From positions 4,384,001 through 4,448,000 of the forward strand of contig CBDCNP010000002.1 in NCBI GenBank assembly GCA_965219415.1: a stretch of DNA of 64,000 nt. Reading direction: 5' to 3'. Position numbers and translations under genes: made by a program. The notes under the pieces are model-generated. The model saw only the letters and a list, made by a program, of their open reading frames with translations, did not search any database and was not told where the DNA came from. The first letter of the stretch is position 1. Each line of letters opens with the position of its first letter. Of the stretch, positions 1-10,070 are shown piece by piece. The stretch comes from Candidatus Marinacidobacterales bacterium. Lineage in GTDB: Bacteria; Acidobacteriota; Vicinamibacteria; Marinacidobacterales; DATDRI01.

Positions 1-269
1 GGGATGTGGACGACGACGACGTCCATGCTGCGCGCTGCGATCAAGCGGCGCTAGACAAGTTCTCGGGCGTGGCCAGGAAGCACCCCACTTTCCCGTTTGC
101 TCACTACGCCCTCGCAATCTGCGCTTTAAGTAACGAGAACCCCACCTGGCGCCAGCACGCCGAGCGCGCCCTGGCGATCCTGGAACACACCACACAGATC
201 GCCGGACGGGCCGGGGCCCACGACCAAGCTTTTGAGTTCTTGCTAGCGCGGCTAGCAGGCGAGCAGTGA
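1..269 (+). CDS. C-terminal part of a helical/TPR-like hypothetical protein (runs off the window start)
   Basis: Open frame from the edge; helical pattern FPFAHYALA...AERALAILE. Confidence 0.4.
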   Translation, partial: DVDDDDVHAARCDQAALDKFSGVARKHPTFPFAHYALAICALSNENPTWRQHAERALAILEHTTQIAGRAGAHDQAFEFLLARLAGEQ

Positions 270-682
270 ACGCTGGGGCGCAACTTCCTTTGGAGGTGCC
301 GCGCCCATCGGCTAGATTGGAGCGGGCAGCGCGGCACGCCCCCTGGGCGGCCAGCATGCGTCAGGTCGTGGGCGACAGAGCCGCCCGTTGGCGCGCTCGT
401 GCTCGTCCGCTGCTGCCCAGTCGTCCATCAGCCGCCGCCGCGCCAGCGACGGGTCTTCTGCTGCTCGGAACCGACCACGTTACGTCGACTGGGCTCAAGA
501 GCCGCGTAGGCCTCGTAGGTACGTTTTGGTCTCTCCGTTGACCAAATGAACAACAACTGACATGGGAGTTCTCCTCGCGAGGCAGCAAAAAAGGCTGCAC
601 AAAGCTATTTTATCAGGCCCATCGTGTCCAAAAACACAAACTGAAGTGACCCCGCTTTCGTGGACAGGTTAAGAGTTAGGGA

Positions 683-1537
683 TCAAGCGTCGCGATAGTA
701 CCTCCTTTCGAATTGGATAGGCGAGCAATAGTCGATGGCGGAGTGTCGTCGTCGCGGGTTGTACCAGCCTTCGATGAAATCGAAGGTCGCCATGCGCGCC
801 TCAGCGTGGTAGCGAAACGACCGGCGCTCGATCAGCTCGCACTCGAGCGTCGCGAAGAAGCTCTCGCACATCGCATTGTCGTAACAGTCCCCGACCGAAC
901 CCATCGACGGTCGCACCCCGGCCTCCCGGCATCGCTGGCCGAACGCTAGTGACGTGTACTGCGTGCCCTGGTCCGAGTGATGGATGACGTCGCCGGGCTT
1001 GCGTTGGAACAGCGCCATGTCGAGGGCGCTCAAGACGAGCGACGTCCGCAGGTGGGTAGCCATTGCCCATCCGACGATGCGTCGGCTGAAGGCGTCCAGC
1101 ACGACGGCGAGGAACAAGAAGCCCGACCACGTGGGCACGTAGGTGATATCGGCGACCCACAGGCGGTCGGGCCGGCGGTCCACCTCGAAATTCCTGTCGA
1201 CGAGGTCGGGGGCGGGACGGGCGTCGTCACAGCGAATCGTAGTGTGCGCCCTCTTGCGCCGGTGAACACCTTGAATGCCAGCCTCGCGCATCAGCCGCGC
1301 TACACGCTTGCGTGAGACGTGGAGCTCGTGTGTCTCTCGTAGCTCGTGGAGAATCCTCGGCGCGCCGTACGTGCTCCGCGACGCGGTGTGAATCGCCCGG
1401 ATCTTCTCAAGCAACTCCGCATCCGACACCGCGCGGGCCGACGGGGCACGCTCAAGCCACGCATAGTAGCCGCTGGCGGAGACGTCCAGCAGTCGGCACA
1501 TCGTGGCAACCGGTAGTGAATCCTGGTTCGCCCTCAC
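683..1537 (-). CDS. IS3 transposase OrfB (DDE)
   Basis: WVADITY, HHSDQGTQY, DNAMCESFF motifs. Confidence 0.95.
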   Translation of the reverse strand: MRANQDSLPVATMCRLLDVSASGYYAWLERAPSARAVSDAELLEKIRAIHTASRSTYGAPRILHELRETHELHVSRKRVARLMREAGIQGVHRRKRAHTTIRCDDARPAPDLVDRNFEVDRRPDRLWVADITYVPTWSGFLFLAVVLDAFSRRIVGWAMATHLRTSLVLSALDMALFQRKPGDVIHHSDQGTQYTSLAFGQRCREAGVRPSMGSVGDCYDNAMCESFFATLECELIERRSFRYHAEARMATFDFIEGWYNPRRRHSAIDYCSPIQFERRYYRDA

Positions 1538-1848
1538 GAATCGGAAGGCTTCGGTGGTACCGACTCGGTCTCCCGAGCGAACCAGGCCGCGGCTTTTGAG
1601 AGGATCTCCCGCTCCAACCGTAGTTGACGGTTCTCCCGTCGCAGGCGGCGGAGCTCCGCACGCTCCTCACTCGTCAGACCGTCCTGCCTGCGACCCTCGT
1701 CGAGATCCGCCTGGTTCACCCAGTTCCGGATCGTCTGGCCCGAGGGCTCAAACTCTCGCGCCAGCTCTTCGGAGCCGCGGCCAGCTCGCACCAGCTCTAC
1801 CATTTGGCGCCGGAATTCGGCCGCGTATCTGTTTCCCTGCTTTGACAT
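1534..1848 (-). CDS. IS3 transposase OrfA (HTH)
   Basis: YAAEFRRQMV...ELRRLRRENRQLRLEREILSKAAAWF. Confidence 0.92.
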   Translation of the reverse strand: MSKQGNRYAAEFRRQMVELVRAGRGSEELAREFEPSGQTIRNWVNQADLDEGRRQDGLTSEERAELRRLRRENRQLRLEREILSKAAAWFARETESVPPKPSDS

Positions 1849-2045
1849 CGTGGACTCCTGTCTCCCAAAGGATTAGGTGTCCACGAAAGCGGGTCAAGTC
1901 CAAACGAACTCAAGACCCGCTGTTCCAAAAACTTGTAAGCAGGCGCTTCCGCGCACGGGCGCCGCGACCTCGGCCGGCGCGCCCAGCACGAGACCCGGGT
2001 CAGCGGGTAGCGGTCCCTGTTCACAGAAGACGCCGAACGAGATGA

Positions 2046-3281
2046 TTAGTCCTCGTCGAGCCGATTGAAGGCTTTTACCGCCTGGCCTATCGCGGTCAGC
2101 CATTCATTGGAGTGTTCGAGTAGATCGCCGACCTTCGGCTTTCTCCCGTCGACGACCACGCGCCATGTCCAATAGTTGCCGTCCTTCTTCACCGTCGCTC
2201 CGCGAACGAGCCGGGCCACGGCCTCCAGGTAATCCACCCCTACTTGCGGATCGCCGCTTTGCTTCGCGTAATCGACCACGTAGTTCGTGTTCAGATCTCC
2301 ATTCGGAAACAACGTGCCGAAGTTAATTTTGCTTCCATCGCTCCGATGCCAGTTCAGGATGTACGAGGCGCGTGACAAGGTGACTTCGAAATCGTCGCCC
2401 TGGGCCTCGTAGCTCTGGAAGAATGCCCGCACGCGCTCCGGTAGTGCCGGATCGACCTGTTCCATCTGTTCGTAGAACTCCTTCTCCGTGATCTGCGTCC
2501 TGCCTCTTATGTCGCCTGACGCTGGCGGCGGGTCCTCCACCACGACCTCCGCGTCGGCCCGTCGCACGACAGCACGCTCGATTTCAACCGTCTTGGCGAG
2601 TACCCTCGGCTCTACAATGATTCCGCCCGCCGAGCCCTCCGGCATGTCGAAGATGGCCAACTCCACGAGCCCGAACGCGATTCGAATGCCGGCGGACTGG
2701 TTGAGATAATCCGCAATTCGTTCAACTCCTTCGCGTATGCCGTCGCCCACCACGATCAGGAGAAAGCGGCCGCTGGTAAGGCTACGCGCGACGTCGTCCA
2801 CGAAGGTCGCCTCGTCAATCGTATCGTGCTGCGCCCGCACGATATCGAACAACGCGTTGGTGTTTCTGGAACGTCTTGCAGCCCGGCAAACGGCATTGTT
2901 CAGCTCATCGTACGACCAGCGACTGATTTCCTTCGCGTAGTCGAGGATCTGGGAGACAGCACCGCGCCGTGCCTCCGGGTTACGCCACAGCTTGCACTCA
3001 ACGATGGACAATCGACCCTCCTCGCTCATGTAGGCGAGGTCGATCGGCCCGGCCGCGGTTGGCAACTCCCGACAAAGCGGTGTGGCAGGAGCGAACGCAG
3101 GATCGATTTCTCCGATGGGAAGGATTTCAGGAGTCTCGAACAGAAGCTGTTGCAGCCAGTCCTCGTCATACCCGTTACCGCCGGACCCGATCTCCAGTCG
3201 ACGCCGGTGCAACGGAACCGCGCGGCTTCCCTTAAGTTTTGGGAGGTAGACTGTCTGACCGTATCTGGAACGGTTGGACAT
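2046..3281 (-). CDS. PD-(D/E)xK nuclease, NucS/DUF91-like
   Basis: 411 aa; E..LQQLL, GPIDL...IVECK, QILDYA motifs. Confidence 0.7.
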   Translation of the reverse strand: MSNRSRYGQTVYLPKLKGSRAVPLHRRRLEIGSGGNGYDEDWLQQLLFETPEILPIGEIDPAFAPATPLCRELPTAAGPIDLAYMSEEGRLSIVECKLWRNPEARRGAVSQILDYAKEISRWSYDELNNAVCRAARRSRNTNALFDIVRAQHDTIDEATFVDDVARSLTSGRFLLIVVGDGIREGVERIADYLNQSAGIRIAFGLVELAIFDMPEGSAGGIIVEPRVLAKTVEIERAVVRRADAEVVVEDPPPASGDIRGRTQITEKEFYEQMEQVDPALPERVRAFFQSYEAQGDDFEVTLSRASYILNWHRSDGSKINFGTLFPNGDLNTNYVVDYAKQSGDPQVGVDYLEAVARLVRGATVKKDGNYWTWRVVVDGRKPKVGDLLEHSNEWLTAIGQAVKAFNRLDED

Positions 3282-3377
3282 GCTCGATTCTCCTTTCTGT
3301 AGCGGCAGCCCCGGTTAGTCCGGCGCAGTCGAGACATTGTAGCCGCACTGCGAGGCGCACGAACTGGGTGCTTCCGC

Positions 3378-3542
3378 GGTGCTTGCGCGGTTTACTGTTG
3401 GTGATGTGTACGCATCCCTTTGCAAAAGAGGCGCTTACGCTCCATTTAGCGCGCAGCGAAGGTCACGAGCTCTATTTTGGCTGTAATTAATGCACCGTAA
3501 AATCTTAACGTCATCTCACCAACACTTAATGGCGGAAGCACC
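3378..3542 (+). repeat. IS1-end MITE, copy 1 (165 bp)
   Basis: GGTGCTTGCGC...GCGGAAGCACC; matches eight other full copies. Confidence 0.9.
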
Positions 3543-5063
3543 CCGTTGCTATTACAACTTCGTCCGACCGCACGGAGCTCTGAAGTTCGGACGTGAGATC
3601 CGAACTCCGGCTATGCAGGCTGGTCTGACGACGCGACGGCTCACCTTTCGAGACATCTTCTTGGCGACGACGATGCCTTTGTGGTCGCAGATCGAGGTTT
3701 GACCTTGCCCAGGAAAAGTGGACGGGTTGATTATCTCGCATGAGCAGTTTTGAGATCATGAATCCGTTCGAACACCATTGGGCTGTTGTAATCGAGTGAC
3801 GAGTGGAGTCGATATGGATTGTAGAACCCCTCGATGTAGCTCGCGACCGCGTCTTTGGCCATACGTCGTGTTGGCCAACTACGTCGGTGGAGGAGTTCGG
3901 TCTTGAGTGTGCCGAAGAAGCTCTCGGTCACGGCGTTGTCCCAGCAATCACCCTTGCGGCTCATCGAGCACACGATGCCGTACTCATCGAGCACGGCCTG
4001 GTAGGTCGCAGCCGCGTATTGAGTACCACGGTCTGAATGATGCACCAAGCCACTTTCCGGCAGGCGGCGCCCCAAGGCTATGTGAAGCGCCTCGAGAGCA
4101 AGCTCCGCGCGCAGGTGGGGCTGCATCGCCCAGCCGACGACACGACGCGAGAACAGATCGAGGATGACCGCCAAGTAGAGCCAGCCTTCCCAAGTCCGGA
4201 TGAAGGTTATGTCCGTCACCCAGAACTGGTTCGGTCGTTCGGCTTCGAAGTTCCGACCGAGCACGTTGGGTGCGACAGGACGATCGTGCTTGCTGTCGGT
4301 CGTGCGGCGAAAACGCTTGCTGGGCAGGCCCTGCAGACCCATCTCACGCATCAGCCGTGCCACTCGCTGCTTGCCCACCTCGACGTTCTCCCCGTCAAGC
4401 TGGCGACGTACACGCTCCCTGCCGTAGGTACCACGGCTATGGGCGTGGATCGCTTGGATGCGCAGCTTCAGCTTCCCATCCTCACACTGTCGCTTGCTGG
4501 GCGCGCGCTTCATCTGAGCGTAGTAGCCGCTGGTCGATACCCTCAGGACTCGGCACATCACCCGCACCGGGTAGTTGGCCCGCTCCGCGTGAATGAAATT
4601 GAATCTCATTCGCTTTCTTTCGCGAAGAAGGCCGCCGCCTTTTTTAATATTTCTCGCTCTTGCTCCAACGTGCGCACTCGACGTCGTAGCGAACCCAGCT
4701 CATCACGTTCCGCCGTCGTCAGAGCCTCGCGTGGACCTTCACCGTGATCAACTTTGTATTGTTTCACCCAGTTTCGAAGGGATGATTCCGTCAGGTCCAG
4801 TTCCTTAGCGACCTGGCCGATGCTGCGCTCGCCTTCCCTGAACAACCGGACCGCTTCCTTCTTGAACTCCCCCGTGAACTTCCTGCGTCGTCGTTTTCCC
4901 ATGGACGCCTCCAGGCGCATTGTCGCGCCTCGGTTGGTGTCCACAAAACCCGGGCAGGGCCAGTTTGCGTGCTTTGCGTGCTCACTGGGGCGCGTAACTC
5001 GCTCTCTTCCGCACCTGTACCACTGCCCGCAGCCGCGTAGCAACACTTGATGGCGGAAGCATC
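3543..5063 (+). pseudogene. 3' remnant of an IS1-family element interrupted by an IS3
   Basis: RCYYNFVRPHGALKFG... similar to 18455-18699; ends CAACACTTGATGGCGGAAGCATC. Confidence 0.85.
3700..4962 (-). mobile_element. IS3-family element, lineage 2 (complete)
   Basis: Ends TGACCTTGCCCAGGAAAAGTGGAC / GTCCACAAAACCCGGGCAGGGCCA; TSD GTT; orfA 4606-4902, orfB 3731-4609; AAAAAAG slippery site at 4639-4645 (minus strand). Confidence 0.93.
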
Positions 5064-5129
5064 GGGACGGTTTGTGAGACCGGGGAACCATACATCGTTT
5101 TTTTTTGACAGGAATCTTAGGACTTCACC
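5064..5129 (-). repeat. Solo left end of the IS256 element
   Basis: Reverse complement resembles 7360-7425 (GGTGAAGTCCTAAGATTCCTGTCAAA). Confidence 0.75.
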
Positions 5130-5292
5130 GATTCATGCACCAACACCGTTCTGGCTTGCTAACTTCGTGTAACGCCACTAAAATAGCGCCGTTTGAGTTT
5201 CGCTCGAAGCTCGAGCACCAACCTCCGGTCGCCCACGCGGTGGGTGCACCGGCTAACGTTAAGTTAGCTTCAAAACGGAGGAGACTTGAGGA

Positions 5293-5593
5293 ATGGCGAA
5301 AAAACCCATGACCAAAACCCAAATCGTGGCCCATGATGTCGGAAACGATGCAGGTTCCGAAAAAGCAGGCCGCGGCATGGTTCAAGTCGATTGCCGATCT
5401 CGCGGCGAAGGAGACGAAGCGGACGGGCCAGTTCATCATTCCCGGAATTGGAAAACTCGTGAAGGCGCAACGAAAGGCGCGCAAGGGATACAACCCCCGG
5501 ACCGGCGAACAGATTCGAATCCCGAAAAAGACGGTAGTCAAGTTTCGAGTAGCGAAAGCTTGCCTGGACGCCGTCGTCTCACCGAAGAAGTAG
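5293..5593 (+). pseudogene. hup: HU family DNA-binding protein with a +1 frameshift near 5335 (real or sequencing error)
   Basis: MAKKPMTKTQIVAH then, in another frame, MSETMQV...IPGIGK...RKGYNPRTGEQIRIP...KFR; GAGG RBS before 5293. Confidence 0.85.
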
Positions 5594-5822
5594 CTCACAA
5601 GCGACGCCTCGGAATGTCCTACCGAACGACGGATGCACGCTGGCGACGTGCCCGGCGTAAAAAGCGGGCGAAGGATCGGGCGAAGGCGGACACTGAGAAT
5701 CCGACGGAAACCAAAGCATTGCAGGTTCCAGAGCCCCACCAATTCGGCCGGAGGAGCCAACGGGCGAGGGGGATGTTGGCGAACGGGTTGCTACCCTTGG
5801 ACATTCCTTCGCCAGCGAGTCG

Positions 5823-6266
5823 ATGATGCACCACTACCACCTATCGACGCACCACGTGTTCCAGATGCCACGCTCGGATGTTCGCTCCGAGACATTGGCT
5901 GCGTTGCAGTCCATCATCGAGGTGGCCACCGGCGGGCAAGCGGTGCCGTTACCCGGATTCCCCGAATACTTTCTAAGCATCAGGAACACCTGGGTCGGCG
6001 CAGTGGGGTGGCTCATCCAGGGACCCGAGCACCGGGTCATGGTTCAGTGCGTGACAGCCTGGACGATTGAGGGCGCAGCAAAGGGCGTGCGCTGGTTGGG
6101 GACGGAGCTACCGGAGGAGTTGGACTTGCCTTGTTGTCTGGTCAAGCTTGGACTACCCCTGCTTAAGGATCCCGGTGCGGCAAGTTGGCTTGATGATGCC
6201 GAGCGGTGCATTAGCTGGGCGATGCTACCCACGCCTCCTCCGAGGAATGGCACAAGGTTGCCCTGA
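5823..6266 (+). CDS. Hypothetical protein
   Basis: 147-aa ORF with protein-like composition; no motif recognised. Confidence 0.45.
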   Translation: MMHHYHLSTHHVFQMPRSDVRSETLAALQSIIEVATGGQAVPLPGFPEYFLSIRNTWVGAVGWLIQGPEHRVMVQCVTAWTIEGAAKGVRWLGTELPEELDLPCCLVKLGLPLLKDPGAASWLDDAERCISWAMLPTPPPRNGTRLP

Positions 6267-6337
6267 TGGGTGTATCGCCTGAGCTTGGGAATCAGACGCA
6301 ACTCCGGGCGGGTGTGCCTTCTATTTATTCATCCGCG

Positions 6338-6487
6338 TGATGGAGATCACGGATATACTCAGCCAGAACGTGCCCCTGGAGGACGTGCAGTATCTGGCCG
6401 GACACTCCAACCCCTCGGGCCACACAGTTCTATGACCTGCGTAGACAGCACGTCACTCGCAACATCGTGGAGCGTGTCTCGATATGA
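6338..6487 (+). pseudogene. Tyrosine recombinase C-terminal remnant
   Basis: ITDILSQNVPLEDVQYLAGHSNP / ATQFYDLRRQHVTRNIVERVSI (LAGH plus catalytic Y), frameshifted; cut by an rve end at 6313-6337. Confidence 0.75.
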
Positions 6488-7040
6488 AAGAAGGACCAAG
6501 GAAGAGAGACATCCTTTCGAGGCCTGCTAGCAAGAAAGCCGCTGCACGGCCTCGTTCGGCTCCCCGCAATGAATCCAAGCCCGTGCCGATTCCTCTGCCC
6601 GAAAGTGTCCGCCACCAGCGGGCGGGTGAAACGACGGAACGTTCCGCGCATCTCGAAAAACTCAAACAACTCTTCGAGGCGGCTCCGATCAGCCGCTACC
6701 TGGGCATGACACTCAGCTATTGCGAGAACGGCGTGGCGCGCGCGCGTTTGCCGTTTCGGGCCGAGTTCGAAGAAAGGCATGGCGTCATCCACGGGGGTCT
6801 CATCAGTCTGCTGGCGGACACGGCGGGTAACTTCGCGGTGGGTCGGTCTCGCTGGGCTCCACGGTCAAGACGGTGGAGTTCAAGATGAGCTTGCTGGCGG
6901 GAGTCCAGGGAGACCTGGTCGCCATCGGAGAGGTCGTCCGCAAGGGACGCTCGCTCGCCACCTGCCGGCTCGAGGTCGTTGGGGGCAACGACCATGTGGC
7001 GGCCATCGGGCTGGCCACTTATGCCCTCCAGGCTGTTTAG
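6484..7040 (+). pseudogene. PaaI-family thioesterase, frameshift near 6845
   Basis: HGVIHGGLISLLADTA; continues TVEFKMSLL...GEVVRKGRSLATC in another frame. Confidence 0.8.
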
Positions 7041-7070
7041 CCATCTGCACCTGCTTGTTGCAGTCCAGGC

Positions 7071-7236
7071 GGTGCTTCCGTCATCAAGTGTTGGTGATGT
7101 GACGCTAAGACGTTACGGTGCATTAAGTTACAGCCAAAATAGCGCTCGTGACCTTCGCTGCGCGCTAAATGGAGCGTAAGCGCCTCTTTTGCAAAGGGAT
7201 GCGTACACATCACCAACAGTAAACAGCGCAAGCACC
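7071..7236 (-). repeat. IS1-end MITE, copy 2 (166 bp), followed by a solo IS1 left end to 7305
   Basis: Reverse-complement match to copy 1. Confidence 0.9.
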
Positions 7237-7359
7237 ATTCTGGCTCAAACTCTAGCACGCAGACCGGTTACGCGGCGGCTACCAACACTTGATGGCGGAA
7301 GCACCAATTGGTTGGACGGAGAACATAGGCTGCACGTTTTTCTCGACAGCCTCGACGAG

Positions 7360-8759
7360 GGTGATGTCTTAAGATTCCTGTCAAAGAAAAACGATGTATG
7401 GTTCCCCAAGCTCAAACCCGTCCCCGTCATGGGGACAGAAAAGGAGAACCATACATCATGGGAAAGGTACTACCGAGTCAGCGATTGCTCAAGCAGTTCG
7501 AGGAACAACTGGTATTTGGGGAGATGAATCTCTCGGAGATCGTCCGGTCGGGAGCTCAGATGATGCTTCAATATGCGTTGGAGCGCGAGGTGACGGAGGC
7601 GTTGGGTCGAAACTACTATGAGAACGCTCCGGCAACGACGAAGGAGAAGGGACGACGCAACGGGTATGAGTCGCATCGGGTCCTCACGGGCGAGGGAGCG
7701 GTGACGGTGCAAGTGCCGCGGGTACGAGAAACAGAGAAGGTGTTTCAGTCAAAGATTCTCGACGCCTACGTGAGCCGGACCGAGAAACTCGATGAACTGA
7801 TCGCGCGGATGTACGTCCACGGGATGTCGACGCGTGACATTGAGGCGACGTTCGCGGACGTGCTGAGCGGCACGGGTGTCTCGAAGTCGGTGGTGAGCCG
7901 GGTCACACGGTGTCTGTCGGAGGATTTCGAGGCGTTTCGAAAACGGGATCTCTCGAACGAGAAGCTGTTGTATCTCGAGCTCGACGGCACGTACCTGCGC
8001 TACCACCAAGGAGCGGAGAGGAAAGAGCCCATCCTCGTTGCGACCGGCTATCGCGCTGATGGGACGCGAGTTCTTCTTCATATCGGTGTCGGCAACCGAG
8101 AATCCTACGAGAACTGGAAGGGGTTCTTGCAGGAGATAGTGGCCCGAGGAATGAGGGAGCCGTTGCTCATCGTGACGGACGGGAATCCTGGAGTGCTCAA
8201 AGCGATCGCAGAGGTCTTCCCTCGAAGCCTCAAGCAACGTTGCCAGAAGCACCGCCTCGAGAACATCCTGGGCAAGGCTCCGAAGGAAGTGCGCGACGAA
8301 CTCAAGGCGGCCATCCTTGAGTCGTTCCATGCGAACAGCTACGAGCAAGGGCTGAAGAAGGGTCGGGAGGTGATCGCTCGGTACCGTCAACGATTCCCGA
8401 GCGCGATGAAGTGCATGGAAGAGACCCTCGAAGCATGTCTTCAGGCGCTACGCCTTCCTGCGGCGCATCACAAAAGGCTTCGCACGTCGAATCTACTTGA
8501 GCGCACGTTCGGAGAGCACAAACGTCGCACAAAGGTCATTCCTCACTTCTTCACCGAGGAGGCCGCGATGAAACTCTCGTTCGCTGTGCTCTTGGCCGCC
8601 GCAAACAAATGGCGCGGCGTGAGGATGGATGTCTTCGCCGCTAGGAAAGTCGAGGAGCTTCGCAACGAGCTTCTCCCGCAAGGCACGTCGGAGGAATCAG
8701 CAGCTTAACCGAGCGCGGGGAACCGTACGGAGATTTGACAGGAAAATTAAGACTTGACC
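7360..8759 (+). mobile_element. IS256-family element (complete)
   Basis: TIRs GGTGATGTCTTAAGATTCCTGTCAAA / GGTCAAGTCTTAATTTTCCTGTCAAA; 8-bp TSD TCGACGAG. Confidence 0.93.
7458..8708 (+). CDS. IS256 (mutator-type) transposase
   Basis: RRNGY, MYVHGMSTRDI, LELDG, IVTDG, QRCQKH, RTSNLLER; AAGGAG RBS. Confidence 0.93.
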   Translation: MGKVLPSQRLLKQFEEQLVFGEMNLSEIVRSGAQMMLQYALEREVTEALGRNYYENAPATTKEKGRRNGYESHRVLTGEGAVTVQVPRVRETEKVFQSKILDAYVSRTEKLDELIARMYVHGMSTRDIEATFADVLSGTGVSKSVVSRVTRCLSEDFEAFRKRDLSNEKLLYLELDGTYLRYHQGAERKEPILVATGYRADGTRVLLHIGVGNRESYENWKGFLQEIVARGMREPLLIVTDGNPGVLKAIAEVFPRSLKQRCQKHRLENILGKAPKEVRDELKAAILESFHANSYEQGLKKGREVIARYRQRFPSAMKCMEETLEACLQALRLPAAHHKRLRTSNLLERTFGEHKRRTKVIPHFFTEEAAMKLSFAVLLAAANKWRGVRMDVFAARKVEELRNELLPQGTSEESAA

Positions 8760-8897
8760 TCGACGAGTGCCTTTTGAGGATTAACTCTGTCGCGTCTTTG
8801 CTTGCGGAAGAATTCAAGAAATATCCCCGATTGAAAGACTCTTTTTGAGAATAGCGTGCAGGACCGCTGATTGGCCTCAAGCCCTAGAGAACGATCT

Positions 8898-9551
8898 TCA
8901 AATTCTCTTCGATGACGACGCAGTTTTCCCCCACGGGAAGTAGTAGAGCGCTTCGGCGGTTTTGTCGGCGGTTTCCTGCCCAGCGATCTGAGCTACCAAA
9001 GCTAGGGACGCGTCGTAGGTCATCAGTTCCCCAATCGAGCTCATCATGTTGCCGTCGGTGACGATGTGCTCGTTGTCGACAACCTTGGCCTCGGGGAAAC
9101 GTTTTGCCAGGTCCTCGGTCCCGCCGATGTAGGTCGTGACGCGCCGACCCTCGAGAAGGCACGCCTTGCCGAGCAGGAAAGCCCCGGCGCAATTGCTGGC
9201 GACGTATTTCGCTTTTTCGGCGCGGTCCTTGATGAATCCGATCAGCTTATTGTTGGCCAACAGTGGCTCCACGTCGAGACCGCTCGGGACGACTAAGACA
9301 TCTATCGGTGGACAATTCGCGAAGTCGTAGTCTGGCTCGACGCGCAGGCCTTCCTCGCTCACGACGACCTTCTTCTCTTCTGCGACGAGAAAGGGCTCGA
9401 ACGGAACCGACCCCTTCTTCCCTGCTTTCGCGAAGATCTCGATGGGCGCGGTAACTTCACTGGTCAAGAATTTATCGAAGACAACGATACCAACCTTCAT
9501 TCTTTCATCCTCCGTTAGCTTCTTCCGGAAAAAAGCGCCGTAGGGCTTCAC
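8898..9551 (-). CDS. DJ-1/PfpI family protein
   Basis: DVLVVPSG, ASNCAGAFLLG, VTDGN motifs. Confidence 0.85.
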   Translation of the reverse strand: MKPYGAFFRKKLTEDERMKVGIVVFDKFLTSEVTAPIEIFAKAGKKGSVPFEPFLVAEEKKVVVSEEGLRVEPDYDFANCPPIDVLVVPSGLDVEPLLANNKLIGFIKDRAEKAKYVASNCAGAFLLGKACLLEGRRVTTYIGGTEDLAKRFPEAKVVDNEHIVTDGNMMSSIGELMTYDASLALVAQIAGQETADKTAEALYYFPWGKTASSSKRI

Positions 9552-9899
9552 TCGGGACCGGTTGTCCCAACGGCGTCAAGGTAAACATGAGCAGCCCGGA
9601 AATAAAGAGCCCGGGCAGAATCGGGTGGACGACCTTGACCCAAGACACGCCCGCCAGGGTCAATACCGTCCAAGCCGCAGTCGTGAGTCCTCCCCAGACG
9701 CAGGACGCGACCGCCGCTTGCGTGGAAACGCGGCGGTTCGTCAAACCGACCAGCAATGGGAAAAAGAAACTGGCCCCGACAATAGCGAGGGCGTAGGCGA
9801 CCAGCTCCAATATTAGCGCAACATCCGGCACCGAGCCGAGAAAAGCCAAGGCGCCGCCGACGAGAATCGTATAGCGGGAGATGCGCAGGTAGTAGCGTT
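9505..9899 (-). pseudogene. C-terminal fragment of a sodium:solute symporter-like membrane protein
   Basis: Four TM segments, GASFFFPLLVGL..RRVSTQAAVA, HPILPG; cut by the MITE at 9900. Confidence 0.65.
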
Positions 9900-10065
9900 G
9901 GTGCTTCCGCTATTAAGTGTTGGTGAGATGACGCTAAGACTTTACGCTGCATTAAATTACAGCCAAAATAGCTCTCACAACCTTCGCCGCGCGCTAAATA
10001 GAGCGTAAGCGCTGTTTTTGCAAGGGGATACGTACACATCACCAACAGCAAACAGCGCAAGCACC
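9900..10065 (-). repeat. IS1-end MITE, copy 3
   Basis: 166-bp match to the family. Confidence 0.9.
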
Positions 10066-10070
10066 CATGT

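Larger units (their letters stand above)
642..1902 (-). mobile_element. IS3-family element, lineage 1, copy 1 (complete)
   Basis: Ends TGAAGTGACCCCGCTTTCGTGGACA / TGTCCACGAAAGCGGGTCAAGTCCA; 3-bp TSD AAC (639-641, 1903-1905); orfA 1534-1848, orfB 683-1537. Confidence 0.95.
7306..8890 (+). pseudogene. NACHT/STAND NTPase internal fragment split by IS256
   Basis: Joined flanks read WLDGEHRLHVFLDSLDE|CLLRINSVASLLAEEFKKYP(fs)IERLFLRIACRTADWP (Walker B and sensor-1-like motifs). Confidence 0.6.
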
